Virus record (IMG/VR): IMGVR_UViG_2565956731_000005 | Span: 1 to 42,839 of that record | Length of the DNA: 42,839 nt | DNA from: a virus | Lineage: Duplodnaviria; Heunggongvirae; Uroviricota; Caudoviricetes | Reading direction: 5' to 3' (one strand) | Shown: piece by piece, positions 8,420 through 17,176 of the stretch | Layout of the letters: every line of letters begins with the position of its first letter | Position numbering within the stretch: the first letter of the stretch is position 1 | The notes under the pieces: model-generated | What the model was told of the DNA's origin: nothing | Database searches by the model: none | The model's input: only the letters and a program-made list of their open reading frames with translations | Translations under genes and position numbers: made by a program

Positions 8420-8599
8420 ATGCGAAACGAAAAATTGCAGATGCGTAGAGCGCAAGCTGCCGCAAGACGTTCTTTCAATGGAAGCGTAGAGTACGTAAAA
8501 GTTACTATGACAAAAGATCACGCAAGTCGCGTATCCCGCGCTTTCTTTGATTCTCGTAACAATAAGGAAAATTATGAGTTCGTCTGCGTCGCAGAATGA
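8420..8599 (+). CDS. Small basic protein (59 aa), possible ribbon-helix-helix antitoxin/regulator
   Basis: Below the ORF-track size cutoff. RBS GAGG 8 nt upstream; overlaps the start of the downstream gene by 26 bp (operon-coupled). VKVTMTKDHASRVSRAFF is consistent with a beta-strand plus helix DNA-binding fold. Confidence 0.35.
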   Translation: MRNEKLQMRRAQAAARRSFNGSVEYVKVTMTKDHASRVSRAFFDSRNNKENYEFVCVAE

Positions 8600-9119
8600 T
8601 AAAAATCAAATTGTCAGATATAAGGGTCGAGTATTGCATACGCAAAATTTCTCGGCCCTTTGTGCATCTGATCTTGAGCTGAAGAAAGTATCTGATGCCT
8701 TTACCCAGTATTGGAAAACGGGATACCATCCATCTCTTGGTAAAGATGCTGCATTTGCTCGTCCGACAGAAATGCTTAAACTAAATGTCAGGCATACTCA
8801 TGTCGATAACCAAGACTATATTCCAGAAGATAGTGATAAAAAACACACTGGTAAAAAATCATCTTGGGATGCATGGAAAAATATAGCGTCTGTACAAGTA
8901 AAATGCATACCAACAAGTGATTGCTTTTTAGTTTATTCGGTAAATCACAATCGTGATGCGCTGGTTATGTTTTTTGTTGACGCAGATGCCCACAACATAA
9001 CTGAGCAAGAAGAGTTTAAAGAGGCAGCAATCACTATCAGTTATCAATTCTTTGAGAAAACAAAAACAGAACCAATGCCTTTAGAAGAAGATCTTTTTTC
9101 TGATAAATGGAAGGAATAA
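8574..9119 (+). CDS. YafO-like protein (putative toxin / mRNA interferase family), product uncertain
   Basis: RBS AAGGAAA upstream of the ATG at 8574. Central region (GKDAAF…NVRHTHV…TSDCFLVYS…ALVMFFVDADAH) resembles YafO-family toxins as recalled; AT-rich relative to neighbours. Confidence 0.45.
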   Translation: MSSSASQNDKNQIVRYKGRVLHTQNFSALCASDLELKKVSDAFTQYWKTGYHPSLGKDAAFARPTEMLKLNVRHTHVDNQDYIPEDSDKKHTGKKSSWDAWKNIASVQVKCIPTSDCFLVYSVNHNRDALVMFFVDADAHNITEQEEFKEAAITISYQFFEKTKTEPMPLEEDLFSDKWKE

Positions 9120-9140
9120 GCCCGCGTTGCGGGCTTTTTT
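9119..9140 (+). terminator. Rho-independent terminator
   Basis: AGCCCGC-GTT-GCGGGCT followed by TTTTTT, immediately after the stop of 8574..9119. Confidence 0.75.
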
Positions 9141-9205
9141 GTGTCTGCGGATTCCCGCCCGGGTGGCGGTGGCATTCGTTAAAAACAAGGCTGCGAAAGC
9201 GGCCT

Positions 9206-9217
9206 GTGACATGTCAC
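9206..9217. repeat. Perfect 12-bp palindrome GTGACATGTCAC (copy 1 of 3)
   Basis: Identical 12-mer also at 26395..26406 and 30805..30816; flanking sequence is not conserved. Confidence 0.9.
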
Positions 9218-9224
9218 GCTCACG

Positions 9225-9365
9225 TTATGACAAGCCTATGTACCCTGCTACACCAGATAATATCAAAATAACTGCAACAGCAAATTCGCCATCGTCAATG
9301 ATACATTTGCGGTTCATAACGCCAAGTGCAACAAGCGCAAACACAACAAGAATAAAAGCAATCAT
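9225..9365 (-). CDS. Small hydrophobic protein (46 aa), two predicted membrane helices
   Basis: Below the ORF-track cutoff. ATG with RBS AAGGATGAG directly after the stop of the 824-aa virion gene; MIAFILVVFALVALGV…VAVILILSGVAGYIGLS. Confidence 0.3.
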   Translation of the reverse strand: MIAFILVVFALVALGVMNRKCIIDDGEFAVAVILILSGVAGYIGLS

Positions 9366-9374
9366 TTCTCATCC

Positions 9375-11849
9375 TTATTGCGGAGTGACATCCTGTGGTC
9401 GCCACCAGTATGTCTGATTAAACTCTTTCTTCGAACGTTGCTCCATTTTACGCAAATAGCCTGGTGAAAAATACTCCTGCATCTGGTTAAAGATCATATG
9501 ATCGAGAGCCGCCTTTAAGTACCATAGATTCGCACCTGGCATCAAACCTTTCCCCAGCTTCACCAGATCACCACCAGTCTGCTCACTCTTCCCTTCCACA
9601 GCATTTAACGGTATGCCCTGAGCAATCTTCACTACGTCATCAACCAGACCAGCTACCGGGCCAAGCATCGACGCCAGCGCGCCGCTTCCGTACCTAGTGT
9701 GATCTGACAATAAAAAGTCACCGTAAAGGCCAAGGCCACCACCTTTCAGTAAAGCACCAAGCCAGAATTTTGCGGCATCTTCTCCTGTCATCTCTCGAGG
9801 ATTACGACCAGACGCAAGGTCGTTAAGTTGCTGCGACAAAGCGCCAAGAATGGTCGTACTGGCAATAAACGTCGCAATATATGCCGCACGCCCACCAGCA
9901 GACGGCATACCCATAGCGCGTGACCAGTGACGCATAACAACCGAGATAGGAAACGATTTAAACAGGAAAACACTTCTCGTTAATTCACCTTTCCATGTTC
10001 CACGCTGAATACCAGAACCGGTTATCAGTTGCTCACGTGCTCCCGGTGTAATAACAGCCATATCAACTTCTTCAGTTACGGCACCGAGCAGTTTACGCAT
10101 TGCCTCAAATTTCACTCGTTCAGGCTCACCAAGATGTTTAACTGCTGAATCAGGGATACGCATAATGCTTTCCGGTGTCAGCATCGTATTATTGCCGTTC
10201 CCCCAGTCCTCCTGTTGCGCCAGCTTCCATACGCTCCAGTCTGTTTCAGTAATCCCTTTGCTTTTCAGGATACGAAAATCAGAGCCATCGAGGCTACGAA
10301 GGTCTGGTGTCCGTGACACTACTTCTCCCAGGCTTCCCATCATTGTTACGCCATAGGCGCGCTTGTGCGCATCTGACCATGCTGTAAGTCCACTGGCACG
10401 CATTACCGCCATTGCCGCCCAACGAGACACAGACGGCCCCATATTATCCATCGCCCAGCGGTTAACGCTGCCAAGTAGAGATTCCATCGCCAGACCAGCG
10501 CGGCGCGCCCGCGCAAGCTCAGTACGGTTCGTTGGGTCCATAGCTTCAAGCTGGTTGCGGAATAACTGGTTCATTGGAAGGTTGGTAACCTTCGCAGACA
10601 GATACATGGTTCCAAGATCAGAGAACGATGACAGCAACGCGGATCCGAGTCTGCTGGCAACCAGCCAGTTGCGGATATTGTCAGACCATCGCGCGATGTG
10701 CGGATTCGCTACAGGCTGTGTCTTTCCGGAAATAAAGTTGTACAGATTCTCTGTGTTGTTCGCCAGCCGCTCGACTTTACCGGTTTTACTCGGGTTAGCT
10801 GTTGCCGTTTCTGCCTTAACCTGATCAAGAAGGGAGCGGAAAACATGATCGGGGTTTGGGCCATATGTTTCCACCAGTGCAATATCTTTACTGATACCTT
10901 CCAAGTGACCGACCATGATTTCCCATAGAGAGCGATCGCCATAAAGTTGCTGATATTGCAGATAGGAATCTGCATCTTTGAAATGTATCTGTCGTGATGC
11001 ATTACCACGGTTAGCACGTGCGCCGGAAATTCGCATTCCGGTATCAGTAAGCTTATTCAGCCCACCAGTAGCGATCGTGTTATAAGCCTCTCCAAGAAAT
11101 GCAGACAACTCGGCATCGTTCATCAGTTGTCCATCGGCTCGGGTATAATATTTGCGATCCAGCTTACCTATAACATCGCTAACCCATTTATCTTTTGATA
11201 CCGCCCCAACCTTTTCCATAGAATGATGTTGAGGGATCCCCCAGTTTTCGAGATAGCCAATGTCCCCACCAGCATCATTAAACCGGCGGCGGAGTAGATC
11301 TGTCACTTCTCTCCACGCCTTAGCACCTTTTCTTGCTTTAGCATTGCCAGTATTTTGCCCTCGCATTTCATATACCAGGTCACGCACGCCAGCTTCATCT
11401 TCAAACAGGCCAAAAAAGCGAGGATCAACTGCTTCAAATGCCTCCTGCAATTGACTCAATGCATAATCACGAGTGGCTTTTGTTCTGGACTCAACAGAGA
11501 GGAAATTAGATTTGCCGTCTGCATTAAAAGCAATAGTACGGTTAAGAGCGCCAAGTTTTCCATCAGCCCCTTGGTAGCTATTGATAAATTTATCCAATCT
11601 CTGACGTGCGGCTATAGTGAGGGCAACACGACGTTTCTTTAATGCCGCTTCTCGCTGTAATTCTTCAGATGCCAATTGTGCTGCACGATACAGCCGCTCT
11701 GATTCGGAAAGTTGTCGCCACGACATCGGGTCATCACGAGCAATGGAGCGCATATTTCGATAAATGCGGTCTTCAATGTTCTGTATTTCTCGCGCCGTTA
11801 ACGTGCGCTGCGCCGCCTGCTGGACCGCTTGTATACATTCCTGTCTCAT
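9375..11849 (-). CDS. Large internal virion / DNA-ejection protein
   Basis: 824-aa protein, the last of three large genes following the tail-tube genes, in the position of T7 gp14-16-like core proteins; tightly coupled to the upstream gene. Confidence 0.65.
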   Translation of the reverse strand: MRQECIQAVQQAAQRTLTAREIQNIEDRIYRNMRSIARDDPMSWRQLSESERLYRAAQLASEELQREAALKKRRVALTIAARQRLDKFINSYQGADGKLGALNRTIAFNADGKSNFLSVESRTKATRDYALSQLQEAFEAVDPRFFGLFEDEAGVRDLVYEMRGQNTGNAKARKGAKAWREVTDLLRRRFNDAGGDIGYLENWGIPQHHSMEKVGAVSKDKWVSDVIGKLDRKYYTRADGQLMNDAELSAFLGEAYNTIATGGLNKLTDTGMRISGARANRGNASRQIHFKDADSYLQYQQLYGDRSLWEIMVGHLEGISKDIALVETYGPNPDHVFRSLLDQVKAETATANPSKTGKVERLANNTENLYNFISGKTQPVANPHIARWSDNIRNWLVASRLGSALLSSFSDLGTMYLSAKVTNLPMNQLFRNQLEAMDPTNRTELARARRAGLAMESLLGSVNRWAMDNMGPSVSRWAAMAVMRASGLTAWSDAHKRAYGVTMMGSLGEVVSRTPDLRSLDGSDFRILKSKGITETDWSVWKLAQQEDWGNGNNTMLTPESIMRIPDSAVKHLGEPERVKFEAMRKLLGAVTEEVDMAVITPGAREQLITGSGIQRGTWKGELTRSVFLFKSFPISVVMRHWSRAMGMPSAGGRAAYIATFIASTTILGALSQQLNDLASGRNPREMTGEDAAKFWLGALLKGGGLGLYGDFLLSDHTRYGSGALASMLGPVAGLVDDVVKIAQGIPLNAVEGKSEQTGGDLVKLGKGLMPGANLWYLKAALDHMIFNQMQEYFSPGYLRKMEQRSKKEFNQTYWWRPQDVTPQ

Positions 11850-11854
11850 TTAAT

Positions 11855-13657
11855 TTAACCTCTCAAGAAACACGCCACAGCGACATCAAACAGGCTGGAA
11901 TCCTGTATTGCCTGCTCACTTTCCCTGTTCGCTTCATCCAGTACTTCACGCGCGCTGCGCGATTGTGGATTACCATCATCATCCAGCACGGTGATTATCA
12001 TGTCAGGTGATTCAAGCAGCGAGTCTTCAGCTATGCGCAGATCAATATCTCCTGCCTGATCTGCCATCATTTTTTGTTCTGCCTGTTGCAATATTTTATC
12101 AGGCTCAAAAGGAGCTACTTCGTCTGGCGTCCTGACCTCTGCTGTTTTATAGAATGAAACAGCCTGAGCATTAAGTTCACTTTCTGCCTGCTGTCGCCGT
12201 GCCAGTTCTGCCCGAGCTTCAAAAAACTGACCGCCAGGCTCGTGCGGTGCCAACGCGTTACGGGAAAATTCCAGGCGTTCTTGTGCCTGCCGGATTCGTT
12301 GATCAATATCGCGAAGTCTGGCCTGTTTATATGATCGAGCACGAGACAAAGCTTTACCGCTACCGGTTGGCTCTTCTGCAAGAATTTGTGCACGCTGTTC
12401 AGTGAGATTTTCAATAATTCGTTGGCTATTAGCGATTTCAGACTGGTAAACCTGTCTATCTCCACGCGGCAAAAGCTGCGCGGCCTGTTCTTCAAGCAAC
12501 CGATTTTCTATAGCGCGCGCCGTTACTCCATCATCTACAGATGACAGAGCCTCATTAACTGCCTGAGACAGCAGACTCTTGCGCCCAGGAATTTCACTGA
12601 AAGATGCAGACTCAACAATGCTGGCAACGTCTACAGGTCTCCCCTGGCTAACATCAGACATAGCTTTTCGCAGAGCCTGAATGTGAGAATTGCGCGAAAG
12701 CACGTTGATCGGCACGCCGGGCGCAATATCAATTTCAGCATGATGAGCGGCATTCGCCGCCAGTGCAGCATCGATATCAACTGGTGAAAAATTTGGTGCG
12801 TTTGTAGACTCGCCGCGAGAGTTAATAAATCTGCCGACACCACCAAACGCCACCCCAAGAACAGCATCAATAGCAATTGCCTGTCGATCCAACACATCAT
12901 ACTGGTTAGCCATTTCGCTATAGCCACCATCACGAAGCGTTTTTGCAGTAAGCCCACGCTGTGCCATACCGAACGCAATATTTGTACCTGCGGCATAGGC
13001 AATATCTGGCGTTGCACGTACTGCTGTTGCTGCGGCGCGTCGCACTGAACTCTCACCCGTCCGCGCAAGCTGAGCCGCCACACCTTCCGCCAGCGCACCA
13101 CCAGCACGTAACCCGAGGCTCATAGGGATCAGTGTTCCGGCACCAGCAGTAATGCCCTGCACTAATCCCGCTTCCTGCGCCGTCCTGAAATCAACACCCT
13201 GTGCTGTCAGCCGTTCAAACTCAGAAAAACCCTGTAGCGAAGTTACCGCCGCAGCACCTCCGACAGGACCACCGAGCGTTGTACCGACAACAGCCTGCCC
13301 GCCCATATCGAACAACCCATAAAGAACCTGCCCGGCGGTTCCGGTTGTCGCGGCATCAGGCGTCAGCCGCTTAACCTGCTGCTCTGCTAGTTTTCTCTGC
13401 TCGGCAATGTATGAAACTGAAGTATCATTGAGCGAGGTGTTTTCGTTAATAAACTGAGCAATCGGGGATACGATTTTATCCATCCCTGCCCATAGCAACT
13501 GATCTGGCTTTGCCACCAGCCCGGAGTACAAACCAGACAATGCCGCTCCTACAGCATTGTCGAAAAAACCAACATCGCGGTTAAAGCCCGCTGGATTTGA
13601 TGCTGCTTCGTCAAGTTGCTGATTCTGGTTTACTGGATTAAGGCCAAAGTAACTCAT
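11855..13657 (-). CDS. Internal virion / ejection protein
   Basis: 600-aa Ala/Gly-rich protein in the virion operon; start overlaps the upstream stop. Confidence 0.65.
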   Translation of the reverse strand: MSYFGLNPVNQNQQLDEAASNPAGFNRDVGFFDNAVGAALSGLYSGLVAKPDQLLWAGMDKIVSPIAQFINENTSLNDTSVSYIAEQRKLAEQQVKRLTPDAATTGTAGQVLYGLFDMGGQAVVGTTLGGPVGGAAAVTSLQGFSEFERLTAQGVDFRTAQEAGLVQGITAGAGTLIPMSLGLRAGGALAEGVAAQLARTGESSVRRAAATAVRATPDIAYAAGTNIAFGMAQRGLTAKTLRDGGYSEMANQYDVLDRQAIAIDAVLGVAFGGVGRFINSRGESTNAPNFSPVDIDAALAANAAHHAEIDIAPGVPINVLSRNSHIQALRKAMSDVSQGRPVDVASIVESASFSEIPGRKSLLSQAVNEALSSVDDGVTARAIENRLLEEQAAQLLPRGDRQVYQSEIANSQRIIENLTEQRAQILAEEPTGSGKALSRARSYKQARLRDIDQRIRQAQERLEFSRNALAPHEPGGQFFEARAELARRQQAESELNAQAVSFYKTAEVRTPDEVAPFEPDKILQQAEQKMMADQAGDIDLRIAEDSLLESPDMIITVLDDDGNPQSRSAREVLDEANRESEQAIQDSSLFDVAVACFLRG

Positions 13658-16167
13658 TGCGGAATATCTCCGGAGAATCTCTGACGCTTCTGTGTCAGAT
13701 CAAGAACAACAGGAGAACCATCATCTTTCAACAGATAACCAGTACCAAGTTTCACCAGGTACTGACTATCGCCGTAACTTTGCAAACCATACTGACCAGG
13801 CGGTGTTTTTATCCCGGAGCCGACAACTTGTTCATTCCAAGCCTGATTAACCTGCTTATCGAATTGCTCTGCAGACATTCCCCACGGCAAAAGGACATTC
13901 CCCATTCCGTTATAGTCATGCACGCCACCTGTAGCTACGTTAACAGCCTGTTTCCAGACATCATTGTCAATTTCGCCTGATACCACGCCTTTTTTCGCCA
14001 TCACACCAGCGTAATAATCCTTTGCGATCTCGTATGCCATTGATGCCCCCTGAGCGTCACCAGCAAATGCATCCTTCACCATGTCAGAAAACTCAAGGCG
14101 AAGATCAGCATCTTTAGGCATCGGAATACCTTTCGCATCATCAGTACCTTTACGAGCCGCCGCGCCAGCAAGAATTGTCTGCGCAGCGGTTTCAGGAGAC
14201 ACGGAAACATCCGGATTAAACCAGTTTTTTTCTGCCAAAATACCACCAGGCTTATCCATCAGTATCCCGGCAACGGCAGCAGATGGAGCGTTGGCACTGA
14301 TCTGCTGTAGTGCTGACATATACACCTGCCCACCACCAGTGCTCTGCCTGATGGTATCGAGATATGCTGCCTGTTGGGAAACTGGAGCATCACGAAAGAA
14401 AACACCGATCTGATTGGCCTCGTCTTTGGAAAAGAACGTCAGTGGAGTGCCATATGACTTAGCAAGGTCACTGACCTGAGCGGCACGCAAGGCAACGCTC
14501 TGTCCAAAGTTATCCTTATTGCTCATGTCGATAGGCTTTGCCTGTCCGGAGGCAAGAGAGAACTGCACAGGATCCGACTGCCGCTGCTTTATCACCTGAT
14601 TTGCAGCCGAAACAACGTTGTCATAAAGAGCTGCGCGTGCCGCATACCCCTCCCCTGTATCACCAGTATCCGGGCGTAATTGCTCAACATATGCTGTAAT
14701 GCTGCTTGTCGGCATGTTGCGGAAAGAGCCTATATACTGTCCGGCGATCTGCGTATTCTTAAACTCGGTATATCGCAGGTTTCCTTCTCTGACTCCATAA
14801 GCTGCAATAAAATCATCCTCACCAGGTGGGTTAGGAAATTCAACGCCACGCATATACGCAGCCGTCGCATCGCGAACACGGCTGTCGAGCATCGTTTTAT
14901 ATTCAGCCTGCTGTTGTCTGGCTAGTGCATCAGTCTGTCGCAACACGCTGGCCTGATCTGATTCACTTAAAGCATCGAACCAGGCTACACCGGTATAACG
15001 TTTATTTTTTGTCGGTAGCTGAGAAAGCCCCAGCGCGGCACTAACACCAGCAGTTAACTGCTGATCACTGTATGGCTGGCTACCGTTTTCATGATGGATA
15101 ATGGCTGCACAAAGCGCCTTCAGGGTATCCGGATTAGATGCATCGAGAGGTTCATCAGCAGAAACGCCAAGTTGTTCGCACACTGCTTTGATATACGACA
15201 TTGTGTCATTTTTATCAGTGGGCGGTGCCCAGCGATTAATTATCTCGCTGACGGTATCAATACCCTGCCGCTGATACGACATCAGGTTCCGCCCTAATGC
15301 ACGAATACCGTGTTCAGGGGTTTCGAATTTGGCAAAGCGACCATCATCACCAGTCTGCCCAACCCACGGATTAGTTTTGCTGTATTCAAGATTGCCGGGG
15401 TTATTGTTGCGTATACCGCGGGTACGATCGGAAGATCCACTATCTGCTACAGCACGGCGAGATCCAGCAGCAGTATCACTTAACTCGCCGTTTTGCTGTC
15501 TTACCTGAAGATAGTTTGCTCCAATAGCATTTTGAGCAGTTGCTTTTGCTGTTGCTTCTTTAAACTCGATTTTCTTGGCCTGGATTTGCTCGTCACTCCA
15601 GCCATGTGCAATGCCGTAATCCTCAATTTGCTGGAAAGTTTGCTTATTAGCCAATACATATGCGGCGTTGTCGCCATACAATGCTGCGGCATTTTTACCA
15701 TTGTTCAGCAGTGTCGCCTGAAACTGGCCTTCTTCGTAGGCATTTATTTGCCCTATCTCGTGCCGCCCGGCCTGCGTAGTGAACTGAATGCGCTGCTGCT
15801 GCGCCTGCTGCATGAAAGCATTACGAGCCTGTTCATCCGGCAGCGACATAGCCAGTTGTTCGACCTGAGCATCAAACTGCTGCGTATACTCCTGACCTTT
15901 TCCAATAGCATTTTTCCCTTTCAGGTTAAGCAATCCTGTTTCAGGATTATTCAGCAGATCGCTGCTTATCTGACTGAGGTTAAGAGATGCCTCCTGAGCC
16001 AGAGCGATATTGGCACGCTGTTTTGCCTGCCCCAAAACATCAATTGCCTCTGTCCCTGCCCGAACAAAAGCATCACCAATACCTTGCTGAGAAAACGTCT
16101 GCAAGCCTGCTGACTGAACTCCACGACTCTCAACCTGACGTCCGGATACTGTTGGTACGACTGGCAT
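13654..16167 (-). CDS. Internal virion protein with possible peptidoglycan-hydrolase motif
   Basis: Track ORF extends to 16242, but the Met at about 16167 overlaps the upstream stop, so the start is probably there. Contains GIRNNNPGNL…FETPEHGIRA; domain family not verified. Confidence 0.6.
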   Translation of the reverse strand: MPVVPTVSGRQVESRGVQSAGLQTFSQQGIGDAFVRAGTEAIDVLGQAKQRANIALAQEASLNLSQISSDLLNNPETGLLNLKGKNAIGKGQEYTQQFDAQVEQLAMSLPDEQARNAFMQQAQQQRIQFTTQAGRHEIGQINAYEEGQFQATLLNNGKNAAALYGDNAAYVLANKQTFQQIEDYGIAHGWSDEQIQAKKIEFKEATAKATAQNAIGANYLQVRQQNGELSDTAAGSRRAVADSGSSDRTRGIRNNNPGNLEYSKTNPWVGQTGDDGRFAKFETPEHGIRALGRNLMSYQRQGIDTVSEIINRWAPPTDKNDTMSYIKAVCEQLGVSADEPLDASNPDTLKALCAAIIHHENGSQPYSDQQLTAGVSAALGLSQLPTKNKRYTGVAWFDALSESDQASVLRQTDALARQQQAEYKTMLDSRVRDATAAYMRGVEFPNPPGEDDFIAAYGVREGNLRYTEFKNTQIAGQYIGSFRNMPTSSITAYVEQLRPDTGDTGEGYAARAALYDNVVSAANQVIKQRQSDPVQFSLASGQAKPIDMSNKDNFGQSVALRAAQVSDLAKSYGTPLTFFSKDEANQIGVFFRDAPVSQQAAYLDTIRQSTGGGQVYMSALQQISANAPSAAVAGILMDKPGGILAEKNWFNPDVSVSPETAAQTILAGAAARKGTDDAKGIPMPKDADLRLEFSDMVKDAFAGDAQGASMAYEIAKDYYAGVMAKKGVVSGEIDNDVWKQAVNVATGGVHDYNGMGNVLLPWGMSAEQFDKQVNQAWNEQVVGSGIKTPPGQYGLQSYGDSQYLVKLGTGYLLKDDGSPVVLDLTQKRQRFSGDIPQ

Positions 16168-16712
16168 TATAATCCTCCGGGTAATCTGGTTCCTGCTGCT
16201 GCCCCGATTGGCGCAGGAGTGCTTTGAGTAAACGGACTCCACGTCCCACCAAACATCTGGTACGCACCGTATGCCTTCAGAGGCGCAGTGAGTAAAGTTG
16301 TTGCTGCTCCCACATTCCCCTGTTTACGGGCTGAACTGGCTTCTGCTTTATAGTTGGCAGCCTGAACCTGATAACCGTAAGCCTCGCGTTGCGCGTTATT
16401 CACCGTCGTCAGCGCATCAAGAGCGCCAAACTGAGCAGTGTCACCAAATATATCCAGCGCGTTACCTGTAGATAAATCAGCGCCGGTAGCCCCCATTGTC
16501 GCCGCCTGTGTACCAAGCCGCTGTCGGGTCTCTCTGCGTCGTTGCTCAGCTTCAGCGTTACCTCTGTTTATTGCATCATTTGCCTGAGCTGTGGCTATAT
16601 CTGCGTTCGCTTCTGCAACCTTCGAGGCATACTTTCCCTGTTGGTACTGGGTGTATGCCTGAATGCCACTCATGGCGAGCATTGCGCCACCAGCAATAAC
16701 CGGATCGCACAT
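16167..16712 (-). CDS. Virion structural protein (internal core-like)
   Basis: 181-aa Ala/Gln-rich protein in the tightly coupled virion operon. Confidence 0.55.
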   Translation of the reverse strand: MCDPVIAGGAMLAMSGIQAYTQYQQGKYASKVAEANADIATAQANDAINRGNAEAEQRRRETRQRLGTQAATMGATGADLSTGNALDIFGDTAQFGALDALTTVNNAQREAYGYQVQAANYKAEASSARKQGNVGAATTLLTAPLKAYGAYQMFGGTWSPFTQSTPAPIGAAAGTRLPGGL

Positions 16713-17176
16713 TATTTTCTCTCCATGTGAAATCTGTGGAAATTAAGACCAAGAGCACCATAAGGCGCGGCTTCTTCAAGCCTGAATCCAAGCCAGTGCA
16801 GCCATGCTTTGGCAACATGGTTTCGCTCGTCGACGTAGTTTTCCAGGCGCGGATAAACTGCCAGCATCTGCTGCAATACAGGGCGGCAGTGGCGCAGAAA
16901 TGTCTTCTGATATTTTTCAATACGGCTGGTTCCTACCAGCCAGGGCGTACCATTGCCACCGATCATTGACGCCGGAGATACACCAAACATGGTTACCAGT
17001 TCTCCGTTCGCGAACCCTGACCAGGCCATAGTCGCAGTGCGAAGACCAACGCGCAGCGCATCTTCGGTAGTCATCAGCGATACCGCATACAGTTCGTCAA
17101 TATCAGCCTGACGAACATCCGGCAAAATCATCTGAAGATGCTCTTCGGTAGCGGGAATAATTTGAACATCGATCAT
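16712..17176 (-). CDS. Virion-associated protein
   Basis: 154-aa ORF translationally coupled between the tail-tube B gene and the core genes. Confidence 0.55.
   Translation of the reverse strand: MIDVQIIPATEEHLQMILPDVRQADIDELYAVSLMTTEDALRVGLRTATMAWSGFANGELVTMFGVSPASMIGGNGTPWLVGTSRIEKYQKTFLRHCRPVLQQMLAVYPRLENYVDERNHVAKAWLHWLGFRLEEAAPYGALGLNFHRFHMERK

Noticed and set aside
9127-9417. ORF 9127..9417 (+).
   Set aside because: It begins inside the terminator of the upstream gene, runs across hairpins and the palindrome, and overlaps the end of the 824-aa virion gene antisense; no RBS.
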